NCBI GenBank assembly: GCA_038065555.1
Contig: JBBTQS010000001.1
Location: forward strand, 322,741 to 361,750
Length of the DNA stretch: 39,010 nucleotides
Direction: 5' to 3'
Source of the DNA: Patescibacteria group bacterium
Lineage (GTDB): Bacteria > Patescibacteriota > Patescibacteriia > Magasanikbacterales > JBBTQS01
The notes beneath the pieces were generated by a model. The model saw only the letters and a list, made by a program, of their open reading frames with translations, was not told the DNA's origin and searched no databases. Below are positions 8,942 to 18,460 of this stretch, in pieces; positions within the stretch are counted from its first letter, which is position 1, and each line of letters starts with the position of its first letter. The position numbers and the translations under genes are program-made.

Positions 8942-10021
8942 CTACAACTCAACCATGCTATTGTCTCCCACAATGAGCTTGTGGCCATTTGGCAATGTAT
9001 CGTGCGATGCACTGATGACTACATTCTTGCCTATGAGGCTGTCGACGATGCGCACTCCTGATGTAATGTGCGCGTGATCAAGAATAATACTATTTTCTAA
9101 CTCGGTATTGTAGATCTGTACATTGTCACCAATGGATGTGTACGGACCAATATAACTGTCTCGCAACACAACATTTTCGCCGATAGTTACAGGACCGCGG
9201 ATGAGCACATTGTCACCAATCTGCGTCCCTTTACCAATTTGCACACGACCTTGAATCTGCACGCGCTCACCGATCGTCGCGTGGTTGAATACTTCGTGTG
9301 ACGTTACTTCATTGAGCAGCAGTTGGTTGCCTTCCAGGAGATCCTCGGCCTTTCCTGTGTCCTTCCACCAGCCAGTGATCTCATCCCAACCCACGTTGTG
9401 TCCTTGCTCGAGATACCACGTGTGTACATCAGAGATTTCGTACTCGCCGCGTGAACTCTTTTGCAAAGAATCGAACGCTTTGAAGTAATTGCCGTCGTAA
9501 ATATAAATACCCGTCACTGCGAAATCACTCGCAGGAACTTCAGGTTTTTCCACCACGCGGACGAGCTTGCCGTCTGCGTTGAATTCTGGAACACCAAATC
9601 GTTGTGGATCCTTCACACGCGAGAACGCGAGCATGGCATTACGCTCATTATTCTTGTAGTCATCTACGAACCGATTGATCTCGCCCAGAATGATGTTGTC
9701 ACTGAGGTAGAACAAGAATGGCTCACCTTCGAGGAGATCACGCGCGCACGTTGGAATATGCGCCACTCCCTGCGGGCCACCTTGCTGCTCACGATACGTG
9801 ATCTGCACACCCCACGTTGATCCATCGCCCAGATATTCTGGGAGCGAAGTCTCGCCAGGATTTGTATTGATAATAATATCAGTGATCCCAGCACGCTTCA
9901 CCTTCTCAATCGCATGCACGATCATGAACTTGTTCGCCAGCGGAATCAAGTGCTTGTTGATAGTCTCAGTAATTGGGCGAAGTCGTGTCGCGCGTCCACC
10001 ACCTGTCAGGAGTGCTTTCAT
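8942..10021 (-). CDS. rmlA: glucose-1-phosphate thymidylyltransferase, long form with hexapeptide C-terminus
   Basis: GGRATRLRPIT, KHLIP, VEKP, SSRGEYEISD, WWKDTG; sits in the rhamnose cluster. Confidence 0.88.
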   Translation of the reverse strand: MKALLTGGGRATRLRPITETINKHLIPLANKFMIVHAIEKVKRAGITDIIINTNPGETSLPEYLGDGSTWGVQITYREQQGGPQGVAHIPTCARDLLEGEPFLFYLSDNIILGEINRFVDDYKNNERNAMLAFSRVKDPQRFGVPEFNADGKLVRVVEKPEVPASDFAVTGIYIYDGNYFKAFDSLQKSSRGEYEISDVHTWYLEQGHNVGWDEITGWWKDTGKAEDLLEGNQLLLNEVTSHEVFNHATIGERVQIQGRVQIGKGTQIGDNVLIRGPVTIGENVVLRDSYIGPYTSIGDNVQIYNTELENSIILDHAHITSGVRIVDSLIGKNVVISASHDTLPNGHKLIVGDNSMVEL

Positions 10022-11109
10022 ACGAGATGCTTAATGATATTCCAGTACGCAGTCATCATTGGATTTGCAATATACTTGAGCACGGGGCTCTCAACAACAG
10101 ACTCCTGGAACAAAATCTTTGTAACAAAGATCTTTGAGAGTTCCGCGTCGCTCATGGTGCGCTCGCGCTGAATGCGACGGCGCTTCGCCAACCAGAGCCT
10201 CCAGTGTGCAGGCTTGGACCAGTACACATACACCTTGAGCTTCTCTCGCCACCATCCACGAGCGATAGCAAAGACGAACTGCCCGATTTCCATTGCAAGA
10301 ATCATCGGGAAGATGAGTACCCACGTCCACGGACGCAAATACATGAGCCACACGGCGAATCGGTTGCGCTCCATCCAATAGTATTTCGTGATACTGCGCG
10401 AGAAGTCGTATGCGTGATAAAAAACACTATCCCGCACTAACACCACACGCATTGCGCGCAGCACACGCACACGCAACGACCACTCCATATCTTCGTGATA
10501 CAGGAAGAAGTCATTATCCCACGCACCCAAATCTTGAATCGTACTCGCACGCACCATCATGGCTGCGCCCGATGCATACCCAATATCAGTGACTGGTTCG
10601 TAGGCGTCCTTTGAGAAAACATTCTTGTACGCATCACAATATCCAAACCCAAGATAATGAATCGCATTTCCTGCAGTGTTAATTTTGTTCTTGTCCTGAT
10701 GCAACATGATGAGTGATTGTGCGATACCGATCTTCGGATCACTCTCCATCGCTGCAGCAAGATGCTCAAAGGCGTCAGGTGCTGGGTACGCATCATTATT
10801 CAAGAAGAATACATAATCAAATCCATTCTTGATTGCATATTCCACACCCACATTATTTCCGCCCGCAAATCCAAGATTCTCTGTGTTCTCAATCAATGTG
10901 ACTGTTGGTAATGTCACACCAGACTTGGGCAATACTTCGTTGCGCAAATACGCAACAGAGCTCCCGTGCACCGGATGTGGATTGTCTACAATAATCCATT
11001 CGATGCGATCTTGTGGATACGTAATCGCTTCCATGGCCGGCAATACCATCGGCATATACGGCTCACAGTGAAACGACAAATAAATAACTGCGATGCGTGG
11101 ATGGGTCAT
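10018..11109 (-). CDS. GT2 glycosyltransferase
   Basis: NLGFAGGNN, FLNNDA, SGAAMMVR, FFLYHEDMEW. Confidence 0.9.
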   Translation of the reverse strand: MTHPRIAVIYLSFHCEPYMPMVLPAMEAITYPQDRIEWIIVDNPHPVHGSSVAYLRNEVLPKSGVTLPTVTLIENTENLGFAGGNNVGVEYAIKNGFDYVFFLNNDAYPAPDAFEHLAAAMESDPKIGIAQSLIMLHQDKNKINTAGNAIHYLGFGYCDAYKNVFSKDAYEPVTDIGYASGAAMMVRASTIQDLGAWDNDFFLYHEDMEWSLRVRVLRAMRVVLVRDSVFYHAYDFSRSITKYYWMERNRFAVWLMYLRPWTWVLIFPMILAMEIGQFVFAIARGWWREKLKVYVYWSKPAHWRLWLAKRRRIQRERTMSDAELSKIFVTKILFQESVVESPVLKYIANPMMTAYWNIIKHLV

Positions 11110-11924
11110 AGATTCGATGAAGTCCCCCACTTGCGATAATAGCGCCACCAACTCTGCAGATGGATGCGCGCTAATTTGCTCATGAGGAGCGAACGAAATA
11201 CATTGCGAGATTTCGCCGTTGCGCGCGAGTAAATATGCACAAGGGTGATTGCTGGCACATAATACACTGGCCAATGTGCAGTCCAGAATCGACGACTCCA
11301 ATCACAATCCTCGAAATACATGAAGAACCGCTCATCAAATCCTCCGACAACCTTGAGCGCTTCCGCACGCACGAACATCGCGCTCCCTAGAATCCAATCG
11401 ACAGGTCGCGTGCTCGCATGATCGAAATCACGCATGAGGAAATAGTCCACACGACGACGCGCAGGCAGCCACCACGAATCAATACCAAGTTGACGAACCA
11501 CCTTGTCCATCATCCGTGGAAATCGGAAGCAACTATCCTGTAATTTGCCATCTTCATATCGAAGACGCGGTCCTATCATTCCAATAGATTTCTCCCGTTC
11601 CATGAAATCGAACATGCGACGCATGGTATGCGGCTCAATAAAAAGCGTATCTGGATTCAATATAAAATAGTATCGTGCCTCGACTGCACGCATCCCCGCA
11701 TTATTGGCTTTGCCAAATCCGACATTCTCCGCATTCTCAATACACAGCACATCTGGATACTCCGCGCTCAGCGCCGCAGCAATGCCGTCACCTGACGCGT
11801 TATCCACGACAACAACCTTCACGGTGAGCCCAGAATCACGAATATCAGACGTGAGAGTACGAAGGCACGCACGAATGCGGTCTTTCATCTTGTAGTTCAC
11901 GGTGATAATCGCAATGTCGAACAT
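11106..11924 (-). CDS. GT2 glycosyltransferase (WbbL-like rhamnosyltransferase)
   Basis: VDNASGD, NVGFGKANN, LNPDT, FDERFFMYFEDCDW. Confidence 0.9.
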   Translation of the reverse strand: MFDIAIITVNYKMKDRIRACLRTLTSDIRDSGLTVKVVVVDNASGDGIAAALSAEYPDVLCIENAENVGFGKANNAGMRAVEARYYFILNPDTLFIEPHTMRRMFDFMEREKSIGMIGPRLRYEDGKLQDSCFRFPRMMDKVVRQLGIDSWWLPARRRVDYFLMRDFDHASTRPVDWILGSAMFVRAEALKVVGGFDERFFMYFEDCDWSRRFWTAHWPVYYVPAITLVHIYSRATAKSRNVFRSLLMSKLARIHLQSWWRYYRKWGTSSNL

Positions 11925-11927
11925 AGA

Positions 11928-12965
11928 TTACTTCATCCACCATTTGCGCAACGCCCCTGCCTTCACTCGTCGCTTGCTCTTGATCATCTTGCGCTTGCGC
12001 ATGAGCTGAGGGTACTGTCGAGCTACTTGGAACCCAGCAACCCAGGTCCGCGGCTCTCGAAAGAGCAAATACACGAACTTTTTCCACTCATACCACTCTA
12101 TCCAGGGCCAATCCCTAAGATAGTTTGTTATATACTCATTTTTGAAAAGTGTAAAGAGGTGATTGCGGTATGAATATGCTCGCGTTGCAGGACGCATAGA
12201 TGCGCGATTTGCCGCCGCGACGCTGTCTGCGAGCTCGCGAGGGCCGGCCGCAGAACGATCGTGGTAGATCACTGCATCAGGAACCAGATATGCATTCCAC
12301 CCTGCGCTGCGCATACGCCATGCAAGATCCACATCCTCCTTGTAGCTGAAGTACGACTCATCGAACATCTGCCCGTCCAGTGCCACATCCATTGCAGCCG
12401 CGCGACGAATCATCGGCGCAGCACCTGAGACACCAAACACTTCTACCAACCCATCTGGGGTATATCGCAACTGTGACGACACGTCGGTCCAACGCTCACC
12501 CGTGTGCAATTCTGTGACACGACGATTGCGCAGCACACGCAACCCGAGCGAATCAATCACATCGGTTCGACCATGATTCCATGTTTCGCCGAACTGCCAC
12601 TTCATCAATCGACCAGAAATAATACCAGCATCAGGATGCCCATCGAGACACTGCTTGAGGCGCAACACATACTCCGGCATGAGTTGCATATCCTGATTGA
12701 GCAACAACACATACTCAGCAGTAGATTCGCGCATCAAGAGATTATGCGCTGGTGCAAATCCAATATTGCTCTCCCCCTTCGTAAATGTGTAATTGAATGC
12801 AGGAGCTTCTTGCAATTGTTTTTCAATCGCAACCACCGTTGCATCAACGGATCCATTATCATAAATCACCAACTGAAATTCACGGAACTGTTGTCCGCGC
12901 AATGACGCAAACAACTCCGGAATATACTTCGCCCCATTCCATGTGACAAGATGAATTGCGATCAT
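11928..12965 (-). CDS. GT2 glycosyltransferase
   Basis: DNGSVD, NIGFAPAHN, LLNQD, FDESYFSYKEDVDLAWR. Confidence 0.9.
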   Translation of the reverse strand: MIAIHLVTWNGAKYIPELFASLRGQQFREFQLVIYDNGSVDATVVAIEKQLQEAPAFNYTFTKGESNIGFAPAHNLLMRESTAEYVLLLNQDMQLMPEYVLRLKQCLDGHPDAGIISGRLMKWQFGETWNHGRTDVIDSLGLRVLRNRRVTELHTGERWTDVSSQLRYTPDGLVEVFGVSGAAPMIRRAAAMDVALDGQMFDESYFSYKEDVDLAWRMRSAGWNAYLVPDAVIYHDRSAAGPRELADSVAAANRASMRPATRAYSYRNHLFTLFKNEYITNYLRDWPWIEWYEWKKFVYLLFREPRTWVAGFQVARQYPQLMRKRKMIKSKRRVKAGALRKWWMK

Positions 12966-13804
12966 AGTGAGCGGAACTTTTCTGCCACCCAGGCTGCTGC
13001 GAGTGCGCAAGGGCGCAACACTGCAATGACAGCACTACGCCACCCTGGATGCCATTTACGAAAATACGTAACCATACTGGTGGTGAAGTACTGCTGCTTG
13101 CGGTACCCAGAGACAAGCGCAAAACTGCGGCCAACATAATCTACGCACGTAGCCGTTGGTGTGTAGGCAACCTTCCATCCCGCGCGCACCACCTGCATGC
13201 AGTAATCCACTTCTTCGAACCAAATGAAATACCGTTCGTCCAACCCACCTATTTTCTCGATAACTTCGCGACGAATCATGAAGCACGACCCACGCACAGA
13301 ATCAACAGACGCATCCTTGGAATAATCAAAATCCTTTTGCAAATACGCATCCAGAATTGTAGGCGCTACATGCGGCAACTTCAGGAGGATTGCCGCCTGA
13401 TCACTCACGCGCGGGAACCGACGAACGTGTGGCATGATGTTCCCCTGCTCATCAACAAGACGAGGACCAAGCACTCCAATCTCCGGATGCGCATCCATGT
13501 GCTGCACCATTTTTGCGATGGTATCCGGCGCAACGCGCATGTCAGGATTGAGCAATAATACATATCGCCCAATCGACGCACGAATCGCCTGGTTGTTCGC
13601 CGCAGCAAATCCCCGATTCACCTCATTCTTCATCAGTCGAACCTGCGGAAAATCGCGCTCAACAATCACAACCGTATCATCAGACGATGCGTTATCAACG
13701 ACAAAGAATTCGTACGTAACCCCCTCTGATGCAAAGACGGAACGCGCTTGATCACCAATAAATTTTGCACTATTCCAGGTTACGGTAACAAGAGATACGT
13801 CCAT
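12962..13804 (-). CDS. GT2 glycosyltransferase (WbbL-like)
   Basis: VDNASSD, NRGFAAANN, LLNPD, LDERYFIWFEEVD. Confidence 0.9.
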   Translation of the reverse strand: MDVSLVTVTWNSAKFIGDQARSVFASEGVTYEFFVVDNASSDDTVVIVERDFPQVRLMKNEVNRGFAAANNQAIRASIGRYVLLLNPDMRVAPDTIAKMVQHMDAHPEIGVLGPRLVDEQGNIMPHVRRFPRVSDQAAILLKLPHVAPTILDAYLQKDFDYSKDASVDSVRGSCFMIRREVIEKIGGLDERYFIWFEEVDYCMQVVRAGWKVAYTPTATCVDYVGRSFALVSGYRKQQYFTTSMVTYFRKWHPGWRSAVIAVLRPCALAAAWVAEKFRSL

Positions 13805-13821
13805 AGAGGTTTGCCCTCCAC

Positions 13822-14733
13822 CTACTGCACTAGACTCAATTTGTGTACCGTATCTTGCTCTGTCTTTGCCATGGCTGCACGTGACGCCTCACTCGCCAGA
13901 TTCTGTTTGAAGAGATGGAGAATTTCAGCGAGACGTTCGTGAATTTCTTTGAGATGGATCCCCAGTCCTTCTAGACGCGCGCCTGAGAGCACGCAATCAA
14001 CACGTGTTGCGAGCGTCATTTTGTTGAGCTCCTCCTTGCTGATTTTCACGAACTCCATTTCAGGCTTCACAATTTCCTTGAGCATGGTCGCAACTTGAAA
14101 TGGCGTGATGATCCCTGGATTAACGACATTATATACACCCGTGACACGACGCGCGACGAGCTGGTCCGTGACATCGAGCAAGTCTTCAACAATCGTGCAA
14201 GAATTAGGTGTATCAATGAACTTCTTGTACGTGAGGAACTTGGTCACGGCGTTGCGCGGGCTCACGGTTGCGCTGAGCAGCTGTCGCGGGCGCAAAATAA
14301 GTGCCTGCAACCCTTGACGGCGCACGCGATCCAATACGAGATTCTCTGCCCAGACCTTGGTCCAAGAATAGAAGCACAACGGTGTTGGTGGCTCGTCCTC
14401 TGTGTGTACATCTTCTGCATTCTTACTCTCCTGCACACACCCACTTGAAATCTGATACAAGTAAATTCCCGACGCCGCACACGCTGCTGCAACATTGTCA
14501 GCACCAAGCGTGTTCACCTCGAATGCTTCGGTGCGATTCTGCTCGCACCAGTCAATATCCGTCTTCGCTGCAGCATTGATCACAAAATCTGGCTTTGCAG
14601 ATTCCACCGCAGCCTGCACCGCTGCACCATCGCGAATATCCACGCGATCGTTAATCACCTCATCACCTTTTGCTTCGTAATAATTCTTGTAATACGTTCC
14701 GAGCTGCCCCTGTCCGAAAATCAATACCTTCAT
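13822..14733 (-). CDS. RmlD-family dTDP-4-dehydrorhamnose reductase, NRS/ER-like
   Basis: GQGQLG Rossmann motif, VINAAAKTDIDWCE, SSGC, YSWTK (YxxxK), PNSCTIVEDLL. Confidence 0.82.
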   Translation of the reverse strand: MKVLIFGQGQLGTYYKNYYEAKGDEVINDRVDIRDGAAVQAAVESAKPDFVINAAAKTDIDWCEQNRTEAFEVNTLGADNVAAACAASGIYLYQISSGCVQESKNAEDVHTEDEPPTPLCFYSWTKVWAENLVLDRVRRQGLQALILRPRQLLSATVSPRNAVTKFLTYKKFIDTPNSCTIVEDLLDVTDQLVARRVTGVYNVVNPGIITPFQVATMLKEIVKPEMEFVKISKEELNKMTLATRVDCVLSGARLEGLGIHLKEIHERLAEILHLFKQNLASEASRAAMAKTEQDTVHKLSLVQ

Positions 14734-14734
14734 A

Positions 14735-15757
14735 TTAGTTTTTGCCAATCGCGTCATTATAGTAGTTGTCGTAATACTTCTGATACTCGCCAGACTTGCA
14801 ACGCTTCCACCATTCCTGATGATCGCGATACCACTCCACGGTTGCGCGCAATCCATCATCAAAAGGAATAAGTGGTACCCAGCCAAGCTCTTCCATTATT
14901 TTGCTCGGGTCGAGCACGTAACGTCGATCGTGCTGCAAGCGATCAGGAACATATGACTTGAGCGACTGTGGTTTGCCGAGGATTTCGAGAATGGCATCAG
15001 CGAGCTGCTCTACACTCTTCTCGACGCGCGTTCCGATATTATACGACTCACCCACGGTCCCACGGCGAACAATCGCATCAATTCCCGCAGAATGATCGTC
15101 CACATGAATCCACTCACGACGATTCTGACTCGACTTGAACAGTGGCAATGGCTTGTCCTCAAGCGCATTGGTTACAAACAACGGGATCACCTTCTCTGGG
15201 AACTGGAACGGACCGTAATTATTCGCACAGTGACTGATCGTCACAGGCAACTTGTACGTGTGATAATACGCAGTCACAATGTGATTCGCTGCAGCCTTGC
15301 TCGCATTGTATGGAGTCTTTGGTGCAAATGAATCACTCTCCTTGAACATGCGATCCTCATCAAGCGCCAAATCACCGAACACTTCGCACGTCGAAATGTG
15401 ATGGAATCGAGAGACCTTTGTACGACGTGCACCCTCGAGCAAAATCTGCGTGCCCATGACATTAGTGCGCACAAAAATACCTGGATCAAGAATCGCGCGA
15501 TCATTGTGCGACTCCGCAGCAAAGTTCACCACCACATCACACCCCTCCATCGCCGCTAACACCTGCTCAAGATTCGTGATATCTCCCTGCACAAACCGAT
15601 AGCGCGGATCCGCAGCCACGCTCACCAAATTCTCAAGATTCCCCGCATACGTGAGTGCGTCAAAATTGACGACCTTCGCATCCTGATGCGTTCGCAAAAT
15701 ATACTGGATGAAATTCGCACCAATAAATCCCGCACCTCCTGTTACAAAATAGGTCAT
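14735..15757 (-). CDS. rmlB: dTDP-glucose 4,6-dehydratase
   Basis: VTGGAGFIG, DALTYAGN, FAAESH, YNASKA, NNYGPFQFPEK, HDRRY. Confidence 0.95.
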   Translation of the reverse strand: MTYFVTGGAGFIGANFIQYILRTHQDAKVVNFDALTYAGNLENLVSVAADPRYRFVQGDITNLEQVLAAMEGCDVVVNFAAESHNDRAILDPGIFVRTNVMGTQILLEGARRTKVSRFHHISTCEVFGDLALDEDRMFKESDSFAPKTPYNASKAAANHIVTAYYHTYKLPVTISHCANNYGPFQFPEKVIPLFVTNALEDKPLPLFKSSQNRREWIHVDDHSAGIDAIVRRGTVGESYNIGTRVEKSVEQLADAILEILGKPQSLKSYVPDRLQHDRRYVLDPSKIMEELGWVPLIPFDDGLRATVEWYRDHQEWWKRCKSGEYQKYYDNYYNDAIGKN

Positions 15758-16173
15758 AGCTCCTTTGTAAGTTCTGCGCGGATCTTGCCGCCCATTTCTG
15801 TTAATTGATCGTGTGTCACTGCTTCATCAGCCCAGTGCTTGAGCCCATCGCCCGTGTACCGAGGAATGATGTGCCAGTGTGCATGAAAAACTGCCTGCCC
15901 TGCAGCGGCGCCAGAATTCGCTCCGAGATTCCATCCATCAGCACGTGTTGCACTGACCACACCACGCGCTACAAACTGCATTGCTGCAGTCATGTGCATG
16001 AGCGTAGGCGCGTCCATATCCAATGTCTGCTCCACGTGATCCCGTGGAATCAACAACACATGTCCTAGGTGGACTGGTCTAATATCCATGATCGCCACAA
16101 CATAGTCATCCTGGTACACCTGCGTGCTCGGGATTTCTCCACCCAGAATCTTGCAAAAAATACAGTCCTGCAT
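15754..16173 (-). CDS. HIT-family nucleotide hydrolase
   Basis: DCIFCKI, GHVLLIP, AGQAVFHAHWHIIPR. Confidence 0.93.
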   Translation of the reverse strand: MQDCIFCKILGGEIPSTQVYQDDYVVAIMDIRPVHLGHVLLIPRDHVEQTLDMDAPTLMHMTAAMQFVARGVVSATRADGWNLGANSGAAAGQAVFHAHWHIIPRYTGDGLKHWADEAVTHDQLTEMGGKIRAELTKEL

Positions 16174-16187
16174 ACGCCGCAACGGTA

Positions 16188-16373
16188 TCATGCACGGCGC
16201 AATCGAGCAAGGCACATTGTCAACAAAATATGGACACTCAACGGCCACCAGATGGGCACGATTCGAGTGACAAATCCAGGCAAAACCAACTCCATAACCA
16301 CTGTAAACACAAGAAAAACCGAACTCGCCTGCACCGCGGTCTCCACAAGTGACTGTCTGTCATCCGTTGTCAT
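16188..16373 (-). CDS. small two-TM membrane protein
   Basis: 61 aa, hydrophobic, start 1 nt after the upstream stop. Confidence 0.55.
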   Translation of the reverse strand: MTTDDRQSLVETAVQASSVFLVFTVVMELVLPGFVTRIVPIWWPLSVHILLTMCLARLRRA

Positions 16374-16374
16374 A

Positions 16375-16842
16375 TTATTGGAAACTTACTTTGACCGCAT
16401 CCACGCGAACCCCAGCATTTCCACTCACGGAAAAAACAAACCGATATGCGCCATTGTCATCACGCTGCGCACCAGCCAAATCCATCAGATATACCGCACG
16501 CGTCGTGGACGTCGGTGCTTGTGCGTCCCACAATGCGACAACTTTTGCATCTGCATCGTGCGTCACACCCAGTCGCAATGTGGTCAAATTCTCACCATCC
16601 ACCTCGACTACTGCATTTGCAAATCTGCGCGGCGGTCGCACCAGCATATAGACAGGATCACGGACGATCATCCTGTCAGCAGTAACTCGATCTCCCGGTG
16701 TGAAATCCGAAATCGCAGCACTCGAGCGCAGTGCATGCATATCCTTCACATACGTCACACCAAATGGCGCAGCATTCCAATATACAATCATAGCGATGAG
16801 CCCCAGTGTCGCACCCCAGATAGCACCGTGTGCAAATCGCAT
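16375..16842 (-). CDS. hypothetical protein with N-terminal TM anchor
   Basis: Start directly after the upstream TAA; TM AIWGATLGLIAMIVYW. Confidence 0.65.
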   Translation of the reverse strand: MRFAHGAIWGATLGLIAMIVYWNAAPFGVTYVKDMHALRSSAAISDFTPGDRVTADRMIVRDPVYMLVRPPRRFANAVVEVDGENLTTLRLGVTHDADAKVVALWDAQAPTSTTRAVYLMDLAGAQRDDNGAYRFVFSVSGNAGVRVDAVKVSFQ

Positions 16843-16843
16843 A

Positions 16844-18418
16844 TTACTTTTCAATATGATACAGCGCATGCGTGCCGAATCGATCGACCTCCACCACACG
16901 TCCGCCCGTAGCACCCGCGAGCTGCTGAGATTCATCCGCACGCAACACAAGTCCGAAGAACCACTGATCCACAGCAAGTGACTTGCGCACACGAGTCACA
17001 GTTCGTGCTGGCCAGAAATGTTTGTCCCATTTGTCCACAATAATCACACTTGACTCTGGCACTCGTGCCAATACGCGCTCTCGCACCGCAACAACAGCAT
17101 CACGCTCGCGCAAGAGCGACGCGAATCCGTCTACACCACTAGCGCCCGTGAGCATACTCGCGCCAAACCAACAAACGAAAAATCCCATCCAAATTCCCGC
17201 CATATACCTGCGCCCTTCGCTACGAAATCGCTCGAACACGCGCCACAACACATACGCCACAAACGGCAACACAACCACAAATACTGGCAACCAATATCGA
17301 AAGAATGAAGATCCAATGGTCACCAACTCAGGCGTTGGATTGTCTCGAACAATCCACGACCCATACATGAGAATTGGATACCAAATCCAAGCCAGTGTGA
17401 GCAGAATATATTTCCCCCGTTCTGTAGTGAACAGCGCGCGTGCCAGAATCCATCGCACAAGGACAACACCAAGCGCGCCCGCAGACACCACCCCAACAAA
17501 TCCCAAACTCAAAAAGCCAATATTCCACATGTTGTGCAGCACCAACCGCGGATGAATCCCAAAAGGAAAGAGCGCATCCAAAAATGACGGAAGCGCAATC
17601 ACATATCCACTCACACTTCCCAGGATCCCCGGATACAATCCCACCACACCCATACACACGATCAACGCAGTACCCCAAATCCACACCAACACACGATCCT
17701 TCCACGCACGATAGATGATCGCTGCAGCCAGCAACAACAGTCCAACCCACACCATTTCAACCGGACGAACAAATGCAGCCAGAGCAAGCACCCCCATACC
17801 GAGCACATGATTTGCAACACGCATGACCAGCACTCTTCCCGCTGATCGCATCGGTTCAATCAGCACCAACCACAGACCAATGATGATCAGTGACACAACC
17901 AGCACATTCGGATACAACCCGCGCGCTGTGTAATACCACCACGCAGGATGCAGACACAACAACATCACACTGGTCATGGCAATACGATCTCCCCACACAC
18001 GTCGTACCAACCCAAAGAACGCGAGACACGCAATACTCGCAATAAGTGGTGTCAGAATCCAGAACACTTTCACTCCCAACACCTTTGCAACACCACCATA
18101 CAACACCAACATGCCATAAAAAGTCGCGGGGACATATGCGCCCTCGCGAAACGAAACACTTCTCGGCGCCAACCCTTCTTCCACCGCCACCACAGGAGCA
18201 GGAATACGCAACGCACTTGTAGCCTCATACTCGTGCACAAACGCGCGGGTCACCATTTCATCTGGAGAATTTGTCAGTGGTTGGAGCTGATGTGCAAGTG
18301 CACTCGTGATCACAAAAAAAAGCAGCACCATCGCGACGGCGATGCGCAACGACGGGTTCACAAGCCATTTGTTCACCACGTTCTCACTTACCCACTGTGC
18401 GATTCCTTGAGAGATCAT
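16844..18418 (-). CDS. multi-pass membrane protein, GT-C (PMT/ArnT-like) glycosyltransferase candidate
   Basis: Many TM segments; acidic SPDE motif in the first loop; FFRYWLP. Confidence 0.65.
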   Translation of the reverse strand: MISQGIAQWVSENVVNKWLVNPSLRIAVAMVLLFFVITSALAHQLQPLTNSPDEMVTRAFVHEYEATSALRIPAPVVAVEEGLAPRSVSFREGAYVPATFYGMLVLYGGVAKVLGVKVFWILTPLIASIACLAFFGLVRRVWGDRIAMTSVMLLCLHPAWWYYTARGLYPNVLVVSLIIIGLWLVLIEPMRSAGRVLVMRVANHVLGMGVLALAAFVRPVEMVWVGLLLLAAAIIYRAWKDRVLVWIWGTALIVCMGVVGLYPGILGSVSGYVIALPSFLDALFPFGIHPRLVLHNMWNIGFLSLGFVGVVSAGALGVVLVRWILARALFTTERGKYILLTLAWIWYPILMYGSWIVRDNPTPELVTIGSSFFRYWLPVFVVVLPFVAYVLWRVFERFRSEGRRYMAGIWMGFFVCWFGASMLTGASGVDGFASLLRERDAVVAVRERVLARVPESSVIIVDKWDKHFWPARTVTRVRKSLAVDQWFFGLVLRADESQQLAGATGGRVVEVDRFGTHALYHIEK

Positions 18419-18424
18419 GCCCTG

Positions 18425-18454
18425 ATTGTACGGCAACCCTCCCACTGCTACAAT
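18425..18454. promoter_or_regulatory. symmetric bidirectional promoter
   Basis: Plus strand TTGTAC-17-TACAAT-6-ATG(18461); minus strand TTGTAG-17-TACAAT-6-ATG(18418). Confidence 0.7.
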
Positions 18455-18460
18455 AGCGCC

